In this document: positions 17,612 to 26,054 of the stretch, piece by piece | How the letters are laid out: each line of letters opens with the position of its first letter | Position numbering within the stretch: position 1 is the stretch's first letter | DNA from: Nitratidesulfovibrio vulgaris str. Hildenborough | GTDB taxonomy: Bacteria > Desulfobacterota > Desulfovibrionia > Desulfovibrionales > Desulfovibrionaceae | Reading direction: 5' to 3' | Length of the DNA: 32,000 nt | NCBI RefSeq assembly: GCF_000195755.1 | Contig: NC_002937.3 | Coordinates: 1,410,001-1,442,000 of the forward strand | Position numbers and translations under genes: made by a program | The notes under the pieces: generated by a model | The model's input: only the letters and a program-made list of their open reading frames with translations | Database searches by the model: none | Told to the model about the DNA's origin: nothing

Positions 17612-19537
17612 ATGACCGATAGCACCATTCCAGGCCTTCTGGCGCGTATCCAGCGCCCTACCGACGTGGCGGGCCTCTCCGCAGATGACCTGCGTACCCT
17701 CGCGGCCGACCTGCGCACCGCCATCATCGATACGGTTTCCAAGAACGGCGGGCATCTCGCCCCCTCACTCGGCGTTGTGGAACTCACGCTGGCGATGCTC
17801 TCCACATTCGACCCCGGCAAGGACAAGGTCGTCTGGGACGTGGGGCATCAGGCCTACGCATGGAAGCTTCTCACTGGCCGGGCGGCCGATTTCCACACCC
17901 TGCGCCGCAGGCACGGCATCAGCGGCTTTCCGAAGCCGTGCGAGAGCGAGTACGACCATTTCGGGGTGGGGCACTCCTCCACGTCCATCTCGGCGGCACT
18001 GGGCATGGCCTTGGCGCGTGACCTCGCCGGGGATGATCATCATGTGGTGGCCGTCATCGGTGACGGTTCGCTCACGGCCGGGCTGGCCTTCGAGGGGCTG
18101 AATCAGGCTGGTGACATGGGCAGGCGGCTCATCGTCATCCTCAATGACAACGAGATGTCCATCTCGAGGAACGTGGGGGCGCTCTCGCTGTTCCTCAGCC
18201 GCAACCTGTCCAAGGGGTGGGCGCGTCGCGTCAAACGCGATGTGGAGACGGCCCTCAAGTCCATTCCCGGCATCGGCGACGAGATGGTCGCCTACGCCAA
18301 GCGCAGCGAACACAGCCTGAAGAGCTTCTTCACCCCGGGGATGCTGTTCGAGGCGTTCCAGTTCAACTACATCGGGCCTGTGGACGGGCACGATGTGAAG
18401 GCGCTGGTCCGTAACCTCGAACTGGCGAAGACCAACGACAGGCCCGTGCTGCTGCATGTGCTCACCCGCAAGGGAAAGGGCTATACCCCGGCCGAGGCCA
18501 ACCCTGCGTTCTTCCACGGTGTGGGCCGCTTCGAACCGGAGACGGGCAGGGCACGCAAGCCCGGCGACACTCCCGTGCTGCCCACCTATACCGATGTGTT
18601 CGGCGAGACGCTGTGCCGTCTTGCCGACATGGATGAGCGTATCGTTGCCATCACGGCAGCCATGCCGGAAGGGACGGGTACGAACTGTTTCCGCGAGCGG
18701 CATCCCGACAGGTTCGTGGATGTGGGTATCTGTGAGCAGCACGCCGTCACCTTCGCCGCCGGTCTCGCCATTCAGGGTTATCGCCCCTTCGTCGCCATCT
18801 ATTCCACGTTCCTGCAACGTTCCTATGACCAGATAGTGCACGACGTGTGCATCCAGAAACTGCCCGTGGTGCTGTGCCTCGACCGTGCCGGACTGGTGGG
18901 CGAGGACGGGCCGACCCATCATGGGGCGTTCGACCTGTCGTTCCTGCGCCACATCCCGCACATGAGCATCATCGCACCGCGTGACGAGGCCGACCTTCAG
19001 GCTGCCATGTACACGGCGCTGCATCTCGATGCCCCGCTGGCGATACGGTATCCGCGTGGCGTGGGCTTCGGCATTCCGCTGGCGGAGTCGCCATCGCCAT
19101 TGCCTGTCGGCGTGGGTGAAGTGCTCAAGGAAGGCGAAGGCGTAGCCGTCATCGCCGTCGGCAGCCGCGTCCATCCGTCACTGGAGGCCGCCGAAAGGCT
19201 GGCGGAGGAGACGGGCAGACACGCCACCGTCTTCGACGCCCGATGGGTGAAACCTTTGCCGGAGGCGCAGCTTCTGGACATCGTCGCCCGCCATGACGCC
19301 TTGCTCTTCGTGGAGGAGAATGCCCTCGCCGGTGGCTTCTCGTCTGCGGTCCTCGAACTGCTGGCAGACCGGAACGCTCTTTCAGGCAAGCATATCCGTC
19401 GCATCGGGTTGCCCGACGAATTCGTCGAACAGGGTACGCAGAAGGAACTGCGGGTCTCTCTGGGCCTCTGTATGGACGGCGTCGGAAAGGCCCTGAAAGA
19501 GCTTTTTGCCGCCGTGGGGAACGCGACCGCTTCATAG
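17612..19537 (+). CDS. dxs: 1-deoxy-D-xylulose-5-phosphate synthase (MEP pathway)
   Basis: 641 aa with DXS signatures (GGHLAPSLGVVELTLAL, DVGHQAYAWKLLTGR, GHSSTSISAALGMA, IGDGSLTAGLAFE, and the transketolase pyrimidine-binding and C-terminal domains). Confidence 0.97.
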   Translation: MTDSTIPGLLARIQRPTDVAGLSADDLRTLAADLRTAIIDTVSKNGGHLAPSLGVVELTLAMLSTFDPGKDKVVWDVGHQAYAWKLLTGRAADFHTLRRRHGISGFPKPCESEYDHFGVGHSSTSISAALGMALARDLAGDDHHVVAVIGDGSLTAGLAFEGLNQAGDMGRRLIVILNDNEMSISRNVGALSLFLSRNLSKGWARRVKRDVETALKSIPGIGDEMVAYAKRSEHSLKSFFTPGMLFEAFQFNYIGPVDGHDVKALVRNLELAKTNDRPVLLHVLTRKGKGYTPAEANPAFFHGVGRFEPETGRARKPGDTPVLPTYTDVFGETLCRLADMDERIVAITAAMPEGTGTNCFRERHPDRFVDVGICEQHAVTFAAGLAIQGYRPFVAIYSTFLQRSYDQIVHDVCIQKLPVVLCLDRAGLVGEDGPTHHGAFDLSFLRHIPHMSIIAPRDEADLQAAMYTALHLDAPLAIRYPRGVGFGIPLAESPSPLPVGVGEVLKEGEGVAVIAVGSRVHPSLEAAERLAEETGRHATVFDARWVKPLPEAQLLDIVARHDALLFVEENALAGGFSSAVLELLADRNALSGKHIRRIGLPDEFVEQGTQKELRVSLGLCMDGVGKALKELFAAVGNATAS

Positions 19538-19726
19538 CAGGCGGCAAGCGGATTGCCCCGTCCGTGACGGGTTCCTGTCGCCTTGCGCGGGGCACGGTTA
19601 GGCTCAAGGCTTGGCCCCAAGACTGGCCCAAGGCGGAAGCCAGAGGGCGCACGGGTTGAGGCTCTTCGGTAGAGGAAGGTTCGCACATCGGGCGGCGATG
19701 CCGCGTGTTGCAGTGATATGAAACGA

Positions 19727-19759
19727 AAAGGCCGGAACCTGTGGCAGGTTCCGGCCTTT
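19727..19759. terminator. Bidirectional rho-independent terminator between dxs and the MarC-family gene
   Basis: Perfect 14-bp stem AAAGGCCGGAACCT / AGGTTCCGGCCTTT with a 5-nt loop GTGGC. T-tracts on both strands (TTTCTGCTATCTTT on plus, TTTTCGTTTC on minus). It lies 21 nt downstream of the MarC stop and about 190 nt downstream of the dxs stop. Confidence 0.75.
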
Positions 19760-19779
19760 CTGCTATCTTTCCGACACGG

Positions 19780-20400
19780 TCACAGACTCTGCACGAAGAT
19801 GCGGATGCCATTCTCCAGCATCTGCACGGCCATGAGGATGAGGATGAGGCCCATCAGCCGTTCCATGGCGCGCATCGCGCGCGGCCCGAGAATACGGGCA
19901 AGGTCGGGGGTGAAGGCCATGATGAGCGCAGTGGCACCCCATGCCATGAGCACGCCGCCAAGGACGCTCGCCTGTCCCATCATGCCCGCCTGCGCCTGCC
20001 TCGCATAGACCATGACGGCCGCCAGAAGAGACGGCCCGGCGATGAGCGGTACGGCGATGGGCACGATGAACGGGTCGCGGGTGACGGCTTCGGGGTCGTT
20101 CTCCTGTGCGGGGGGAAAGACCATCTTCATGGCGATGATGAACAGGATGATGCCCCCCGAAAGACGCAGCGTCGATTGCTCGATGTCGAGAAGCCCCAGA
20201 AGCGCATCGCCGAGGAAGTGGAAGAGCAGCACGATGGCGAGGGCGAACACGAGTTCGCGGCGGATGATGGCCCGCTGGCGCGACGGGGTGTGTTCGCGGA
20301 GTATGGCGAGGCTGGCGGCGGCGTTGCCGACCGGGTCCATGATGAGAAAGAGGGGCAGGGCCACTTCGAAGGCGTCCTGCATGGAGAAGGTCTGGAACAT
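19780..20400 (-). CDS. MarC-family (UPF0056) integral membrane protein
   Basis: Multi-span membrane protein with the family N-terminal signature FEVALPLFLIMDPVGN. The start is uncertain: the ATG at 20400 (MFQTFSMQDAF) is preferred on family N-terminus length. The track's GTG at 20448 and the ATG at 20382 are alternatives. None has a strong RBS. Confidence 0.8.
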   Translation of the reverse strand: MFQTFSMQDAFEVALPLFLIMDPVGNAAASLAILREHTPSRQRAIIRRELVFALAIVLLFHFLGDALLGLLDIEQSTLRLSGGIILFIIAMKMVFPPAQENDPEAVTRDPFIVPIAVPLIAGPSLLAAVMVYARQAQAGMMGQASVLGGVLMAWGATALIMAFTPDLARILGPRAMRAMERLMGLILILMAVQMLENGIRIFVQSL

Positions 20401-20511
20401 GGGTGCGTTGGGTGAAAGGTTCAGGGCTGCCGGGGTGTCAGCCTCCACGTCATGAAGGCATGACGGGCGAAGCTGGCGCGTGGCAAAGCGCAGGGACGTG
20501 GCGCTTCGGGG

Positions 20512-20901
20512 CTAGTCGCATTCCATGTACGTGGCCGATTGTACGGCCTTCTCGGACACGGTCACGGCATGCATCCGCACACCGTGCGGTGCAAGGCGTG
20601 GTGCAAGGGCCGTGTAGATGAAGCGGGCGAGGTTCTCCGACGACGGGTTGATGGTGTCGAAAGGGGGCACCTCATTGAGGTTGTGGTGGTCGAGAAGGTC
20701 GAGCACCGTGTTCAATTCCCCTTTGAGTACCTTGAAATCGAGCACGATTTCCGTTCCGGGTGACAGCCTGTCACCTTCGACCACGGCTTCGACGGCGAAG
20801 TTGTGCCCGTGGAGGTTCTCGCATTTGCCCTCGTAGTGGCGCAGCGCGTGCGAGGCGCAGAACTCGGAGCGTACCGTAAGACGCCAGACAGGCTTGCCCA
20901 T
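20512..20901 (-). CDS. queD: 6-carboxy-5,6,7,8-tetrahydropterin synthase / 6-pyruvoyl-tetrahydropterin synthase family
   Basis: 129 aa with PTPS/QueD motifs FCASHAL and CENLHGHN (CxxxHGH). GGAGGA RBS 7 nt upstream. The ATG is 1 nt after the dnaE stop. Confidence 0.88.
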   Translation of the reverse strand: MGKPVWRLTVRSEFCASHALRHYEGKCENLHGHNFAVEAVVEGDRLSPGTEIVLDFKVLKGELNTVLDLLDHHNLNEVPPFDTINPSSENLARFIYTALAPRLAPHGVRMHAVTVSEKAVQSATYMECD

Positions 20902-20902
20902 C

Positions 20903-23900
20903 CTACATTCCTCCGTGGGTCCATTTGTTGAGGTCGTTCTCGAACACGGGGCCGGGCTGGACTGTCCAGCGCGGGCCTAGCTGCAGGAGGCACAGCGATT
21001 CGTCGACCACCATGTGCACGTTCACAGGAACGGTGCCCTTATGCTTTTCGAGGATGGCGCGCAAGCCCGCGAGATAGTCCGCGCTCATGCGACGGGTGTC
21101 GAGCTCGACGATGACGGGCTCATCGCTGGAACAGCAGGCCATCGCCAGCGGCATGACCTTGGCACCCATGATCTTGATGTCACGCGGCGCGGCTTCCTCG
21201 TCATCACCCCCTTGCCCCTGCCCGCCGTTGCCATCGTCGGCCTTCTTGTCGAGTGTGCCCTCCAGAAGCAGGGGCTGGTCCGACTTGAGCAACTCGCGCG
21301 CCTCGGCGAACGGTTCGGGAAAGAAGACCACCTCGGCAGAGGCTGTGAGGTCTTCCACACCCGCGAACGCCATGCGCTGGCCCTTCTTGGTCATCAACTC
21401 CTTGAGCGTGGTGACGAGCACCGCCGTGCGTATCTCGGCACCGGGGGGCATGTCGCGGGCCTCTTCAAGAGGGGTGAGGCGCAGCCTGAAGAGTTCCTTG
21501 CGGTAGGGCTGAAGGGGGTGGCTGGTGAGAAAGAAGCCGAGAGCCTCCTTCTCGAAGCGCAGCTTCTGGTCGTCGGGCCATTCGGGGGCGGTCTGTTCCT
21601 CGCAATCGAAGCCGATGCCGGGGCAGACCTTGGGCTCTTCCTTGATCATGGTGAAGAGCGAGACCTGATTCGAGTCGCGTTCCTTGAGCTTCTTCTGGGC
21701 GCGCGCCACCACGGTGTCCAGCGATGCCAGCATCCCGGCGCGTGTGCAGCCGAGACAGTCGCACGCACCGCCTTTGATGAGATTCTCGATGACGCGCTTG
21801 GTGACCTTGCGCAGGTTGACGCGAACGCACATGTCGAGCAGCGAGGCGTAGGGCCCGCCTTCTTCGCGTGCGTCGACGATTTCGCGAATGGCTTCGTCGC
21901 CCACGTTCTTGATGCCGCCAAGACCGAAGACGATGCGTCCCTCATGCACCGTGAACTCGCGTCGGCTCACCTGCACGTTGGGTCGCAGCACCTCGATGTC
22001 CATGTCCTTGCAGGCGGCGACATACTTGAGCAGCTTGTCCTGGTTGCCCATTTCCGAGGTGAGCAGGGCGGCCATGAACTCGACCGGGAAATGCACCTTG
22101 AGGAAGGCCGTGTAGTACGAGATGAGGGCATAGGCCGCGCTGTGCGACTTGTTGAACCCGTATTCCGCGAACTTCTCCATAAGGTCGAAGATCTCGTTGG
22201 CCTTCTCCTTGGGGATGTCGTTCTTCTGCGCGCCTTGTACGAACTTCGTCCGCTCCTCGGCCATGGCCTCGGCGATCTTCTTGCCCATGGCACGCCGCAG
22301 AAGGTCTGCGCCGCCCAGCGTGTAGCTGCCCACTATCTGGGCGATCTGCATCACCTGTTCCTGATAGACGATGACGCCGTAGGTGGGTTGCAGGCACGCT
22401 TCGAGTGAAGGCACGGGGTAGGTAACGGGCACCTCGCCATGCTTGCGCTTGATGAACTCGTCGACCATGCCCGAACCCAGCGGGCCGGGACGGTAGAGGG
22501 CGAGCATGGCGATGATGTCGTCGAAGCAGGTGGGCCGCAGCATGCGCAGATACTGCCGCATGCCCGAGCTTTCGACCTGGAACACCCCGTCGGTGTCGCC
22601 GCGCGAGTAAAGCTCATAGGTCTCGGCATCGTCGAGAGAGAGCGTGTCGAGGTCGGGCGGGGTCTTGCCCTGTCGTGTGATTTCGTCCAGCGCATCCTGC
22701 ACGAGGGTCATGGTGCGCAGGCCGAGGAAGTCGAATTTGACGAGGCCGACCTTCTCGACCATCTTCATGTCGAACTGGGTGACGGTTTCACCCTTCTTTC
22801 CCTTGTACAGCGGCAGATACTCCGACATGGGCTTGTCGGATATGACCACCCCCGCCGCGTGCGTGGAGGCGTGGCGCGAAAGCCCTTCAAGGCGCATGGA
22901 GACGTCCAGCAGCTTGCGTATCTGCGGGTCGTCCCGGTAGAGCGTGGCAAGGTCGGGTTCCGCCTCAAGAGCCTTCTTGATGGTCATCTTGAGGTCTTCG
23001 GGGATGAGCTTGGCGATGCGGTCGGTCTCGCCGAACGACATGCCAAGGGCGCGTCCCACGTCACGCACCACCGCCTTGGCCTTCATCTTGCCGAAGGTGG
23101 TTATCTGCGAAACCGAATCTTCACCGTATTTTTCGGCGACGTACCGTATGACTTCGGTGCGACGACGTTCGCAGAAGTCCACGTCGATATCCGGCATGCT
23201 GACGCGTTCGTTGTTGAGAAAGCGCTCGAACAGCAGGTCGTAGGGGATGGGGTCGAGGTTGGTGATGCGCAGCGACCATGCCACCAGCGACCCGGCAGCC
23301 GAACCACGCCCCGGCCCGACGGGGATGCCGTTGTTCTTGGCCCAGTTGATGAAGTCCTGCACGATGAGGAAGTACCCCGGAAAACCCATGTCTGTGATGA
23401 CCTTGAGTTCCCATTCGAGGCGGTCCCAGTAGGCCTTGTGGTCGATGGTGTCGCGGTCGGGGTGCTTTTCGAGGCGCTTCTTCAGGCCTTCTTCGGCGAG
23501 GCGCTGGAATTCGGTGTCGAGGGTCATGCCCTCTGGCAGTTCATAGACGGGGAAGAAGTACTTCCCGAAGCTCATCTCGATATTGCACATCTCGGCGATG
23601 CGCCCCGTGTTGGCGATGGCCTCCGGCACATGGGCGAAGGCCTTTTCCATCTCCTCCGGCGACTTGTAGTAGAGTTCGCGCGTCTCGAAGCGCATCCGCT
23701 TCGGGTCGTCCACCGTGGTCTGCGTCTGGATGCACAGAAGGATGTCGTGCGCCTCCACGTCGGTGGCGTCGAGGTAGTGGCAGTCGTTGGTGGCGACAAG
23801 GGGCAGGTTCGTGTGGCCTGCAAGTTCGATGAGCTTCTCGTTGAGGACTTCCTGTTCCTTGATGCCGTTGGATTGCAGTTCAAGGTAGAAGCGGCCGGGA

Positions 23901-24397
23901 AATATGGAGGCGTATTCCTGCGCGGTGGCGATGCCCGCATCCATGCCCTGCTTCATGAGCACGCGCGGCACTTCACCTGCGAGGCAGGCTGAAAGGGCGA
24001 TGAGTCCGTCGCTGTATTCGCGCAGCAGTTCCTTGTCCACGCGGGGCTTGTAGTGGAAGCCCTCCGTGAAGCCGCGTGTCACAAGGCGCACGAGGTTGTG
24101 GTAGCCTTCGTTGTTCTGCGCCAGCAGCACGAGATGGTACCGGGTGCGCGCGAATTCGGAGGTCTTGTCGGTGCGGTCGGTGGCGGCGACGTACACCTCG
24201 CAGCCGATGATGGGCTTGATGCCGAACGACTTGCAGGTGGTGTAGAAATAGGCCGCGCCGAAGAGGTTACCGTGGTCGGTGATGGCGGCGGCGGTCATGC
24301 CGTAGTCCTTGGCGCGTGCGCCGAGGTCCTTCAGACGGATGGCCCCGTCGAGGAGGCTGTATTCCGTATGACAGTGCAAGTGTACGAAATCTGACAT
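20903..24397 (-). CDS. dnaE: DNA polymerase III alpha subunit
   Basis: 1164 aa from the ATG at 24397. N-terminal PHP domain MSDFVHLHCHTEYSLLDG, polymerase core (GPGRGSAAGSLVAWSLRITNLDP, PDIDVDF), and HhH and OB regions. The track's 66-aa upstream extension (to 24595) is non-conserved and Arg/Thr/His-rich. Confidence 0.97.
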   Translation of the reverse strand: MSDFVHLHCHTEYSLLDGAIRLKDLGARAKDYGMTAAAITDHGNLFGAAYFYTTCKSFGIKPIIGCEVYVAATDRTDKTSEFARTRYHLVLLAQNNEGYHNLVRLVTRGFTEGFHYKPRVDKELLREYSDGLIALSACLAGEVPRVLMKQGMDAGIATAQEYASIFPGRFYLELQSNGIKEQEVLNEKLIELAGHTNLPLVATNDCHYLDATDVEAHDILLCIQTQTTVDDPKRMRFETRELYYKSPEEMEKAFAHVPEAIANTGRIAEMCNIEMSFGKYFFPVYELPEGMTLDTEFQRLAEEGLKKRLEKHPDRDTIDHKAYWDRLEWELKVITDMGFPGYFLIVQDFINWAKNNGIPVGPGRGSAAGSLVAWSLRITNLDPIPYDLLFERFLNNERVSMPDIDVDFCERRRTEVIRYVAEKYGEDSVSQITTFGKMKAKAVVRDVGRALGMSFGETDRIAKLIPEDLKMTIKKALEAEPDLATLYRDDPQIRKLLDVSMRLEGLSRHASTHAAGVVISDKPMSEYLPLYKGKKGETVTQFDMKMVEKVGLVKFDFLGLRTMTLVQDALDEITRQGKTPPDLDTLSLDDAETYELYSRGDTDGVFQVESSGMRQYLRMLRPTCFDDIIAMLALYRPGPLGSGMVDEFIKRKHGEVPVTYPVPSLEACLQPTYGVIVYQEQVMQIAQIVGSYTLGGADLLRRAMGKKIAEAMAEERTKFVQGAQKNDIPKEKANEIFDLMEKFAEYGFNKSHSAAYALISYYTAFLKVHFPVEFMAALLTSEMGNQDKLLKYVAACKDMDIEVLRPNVQVSRREFTVHEGRIVFGLGGIKNVGDEAIREIVDAREEGGPYASLLDMCVRVNLRKVTKRVIENLIKGGACDCLGCTRAGMLASLDTVVARAQKKLKERDSNQVSLFTMIKEEPKVCPGIGFDCEEQTAPEWPDDQKLRFEKEALGFFLTSHPLQPYRKELFRLRLTPLEEARDMPPGAEIRTAVLVTTLKELMTKKGQRMAFAGVEDLTASAEVVFFPEPFAEARELLKSDQPLLLEGTLDKKADDGNGGQGQGGDDEEAAPRDIKIMGAKVMPLAMACCSSDEPVIVELDTRRMSADYLAGLRAILEKHKGTVPVNVHMVVDESLCLLQLGPRWTVQPGPVFENDLNKWTHGGM

Positions 24398-24874
24398 GTT
24401 CTCTTCTGTGCGTGAAAGGTGAAGCGGCATCGTAGCAGAAGGCGGGCCCTGCCACAATGAGTGGCCTTGGCGTGTGGTAGTGTGCCCTGAGGTGTGGTCG
24501 CGGCGACTCCAGTGTGCACTGCGGCACGCCACTGTCGGTGACGGCCGCTTGATGCGTGACGTCTCGTTGTAGCCTTGCCGTCTCAAAATCGTCATGCCCC
24601 GGCATGGCGTTCCCGGGTCGAGTCGCTATGCCATGGCCCTGCATCCATATCCCGGCGCGTGCACCCGCATCATGCCCCGCATTATGTCTGGCACCTTCGT
24701 CCTGCACATGGTCGCCGTCATGCCCGACGCCTTGCGCGGTGCAGCCGTGCGCGGTACAGGCTTGCGTGCGCCGTCATGGCGTACCCGGAATGCCCGCCTC
24801 GCGCGGATGTTGTTTCATCTGTCGCCCCTTGGCGCGGCGCAGCCGGGATGAACCGACCCCACAGGGAGTGAAAC

Positions 24875-25243
24875 GTGCCCTTGCCAGAGTTGACCGCCTC
24901 CATCGACACCATGTTATCTGCTGAGAATCTCGGGGCATTCTTCGCCTCACGCTGGGGCCAGTATGCGATGATCATCACCTTCTTCGGCCTCGTCATCACC
25001 TTCTTGAGGGTGCTGTACGGGCCGAAGGGCTTCTTCCGCGACCCGGAGTGGGACCGCTGGAACGAGGCGGCCCTTCGCAAGGAGGAGGAAGACGCCGCAC
25101 AATCTGCGGCCGCGGTGCGAGGCGAGACCGCGGCGGTGTCGTCTGTGGCAGAGGGGCAGGTCGTGCCTGCTGATGCCGCACCGGGGTCGGTCGCCCCGGT
25201 CAAGGTGAGCCAGCCCGGTTCAGAGGCGGAGCGTGATGGCTGA
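24875..25243 (+). CDS. Small single-pass membrane protein, unknown function
   Basis: GTG start with an AGGGAG RBS 6 nt upstream. One clear TM helix (YAMIITFFGLVITFLRVLY), followed by a charged, Ala-rich low-complexity tail. The stop overlaps the start of the HD gene. No family recognised. Confidence 0.6.
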   Translation: MPLPELTASIDTMLSAENLGAFFASRWGQYAMIITFFGLVITFLRVLYGPKGFFRDPEWDRWNEAALRKEEEDAAQSAAAVRGETAAVSSVAEGQVVPADAAPGSVAPVKVSQPGSEAERDG

Positions 25244-26054
25244 TACGTCCATGCGTACCCCCACCTGTGACATCACGACCCACGAGCGGTGGTTCGGCGC
25301 GTTCACTGCGCCGTATCTCGAAGAGGGGCCGGAACATGTAGGCCCTGTGCGCCTCAAGATAGAGCACACCCACCATGTGCTCTCCAATGCCCGCAGCATA
25401 GTGGACAGCGAGGACTTCTCGCCGCTGGTGCAGCGTGCGGCCCTTCTTGCCGCCCTGTATCACGACACGGGGCGCTTTCCGCAGTACAGGCGCTGGCGCA
25501 CCTTCAGCGACCCGCGTTCGGTCAACCATGCCCTGCTTGGCGGGCGGACGTTGCGCGAAGCCGGGGCGCTCGATGACGAACCTGTTGAAGTGCGGCGACT
25601 GGTGCTTGGCGCGGTGGTCATGCACAACCGCTTTCGTGTGCCGTCAGGCATCCCGGACGATGCCCGGACCGTGACCGATGTGGTGCGCGATGCCGATAAA
25701 CTCGACATCTTCAGGGTCATGGCGCCGCATCTGGCCCCCGGTGCGGAGCGCGACAAGGTCGTGGTGCTGCACGTGGAGGATGCGCCCGGTAAGTGGTCAC
25801 CCGTCATCGTGGCGGATGTGCTGGCGGGGCGCGTGGCGAGTTATGCAGACCTTCGCTATGTCAATGACTTCAGGCTGCTTCTCGGCACATGGGTGCGTGA
25901 TCTTCGTTTCCCCGCATCGCGCCGGATGCTGGCGGCTTCAGGCCTTGTGGAGAACATCCTTTCCGCGTTGCCCGCTTCGGACGACATCGCCCGCGCCCGT
26001 ACCCGCATCCTGTCCGACCTCGCCGATGCAGCACGGGGCAGGGGGGGAGCATGA
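25233..26054 (+). CDS. HD-domain metal-dependent phosphohydrolase-superfamily protein
   Basis: About 272 aa (GTG 25233 or ATG 25236). Ordered H...HD...H...H...D ligand pattern: KIEHTHHV, LLAALYHDTGR, VNHALLG, VVMHNRF, VVRDADKLD. Overlaps the upstream gene by 8-11 nt and the downstream gene as ATGA. Confidence 0.85.
   Translation: MMADTSMRTPTCDITTHERWFGAFTAPYLEEGPEHVGPVRLKIEHTHHVLSNARSIVDSEDFSPLVQRAALLAALYHDTGRFPQYRRWRTFSDPRSVNHALLGGRTLREAGALDDEPVEVRRLVLGAVVMHNRFRVPSGIPDDARTVTDVVRDADKLDIFRVMAPHLAPGAERDKVVVLHVEDAPGKWSPVIVADVLAGRVASYADLRYVNDFRLLLGTWVRDLRFPASRRMLAASGLVENILSALPASDDIARARTRILSDLADAARGRGGA

Noticed and set aside
24689-24706. Sigma-54-like element TGGCAC-N8-CTGCA in the dnaE upstream region.
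   Set aside because: The GG-to-GC spacing is 2 nt longer than the canonical TGGCAC-N5-TTGC geometry, and the -12 element is CTGC rather than TTGC. Not a convincing RpoN promoter.
24556-24924. Overlapping plus-strand ORFs of 85-122 aa in the dnaE upstream spacer, and minus-strand ORFs 24267..24707 and 24331..24519.
   Set aside because: There are no RBSs. The sequences are Cys/Arg/Pro-rich and non-protein-like. Three frames are open simultaneously, which is a GC-composition artefact. One of them runs into the RBS-supported GTG start at 24875.
25692-25699. A perfect sigma-28 -10 octamer GCCGATAA inside the HD gene, and GCCGATAG inside clpP at 1281-1288.
   Set aside because: Both are within coding sequence; the first simply encodes the catalytic DADKLD motif. 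Neither has a TAAA-like -35 at the required 15-nt spacing. I keep them only as a calibration of chance -10 matches for the promoter call at 7645-7671.
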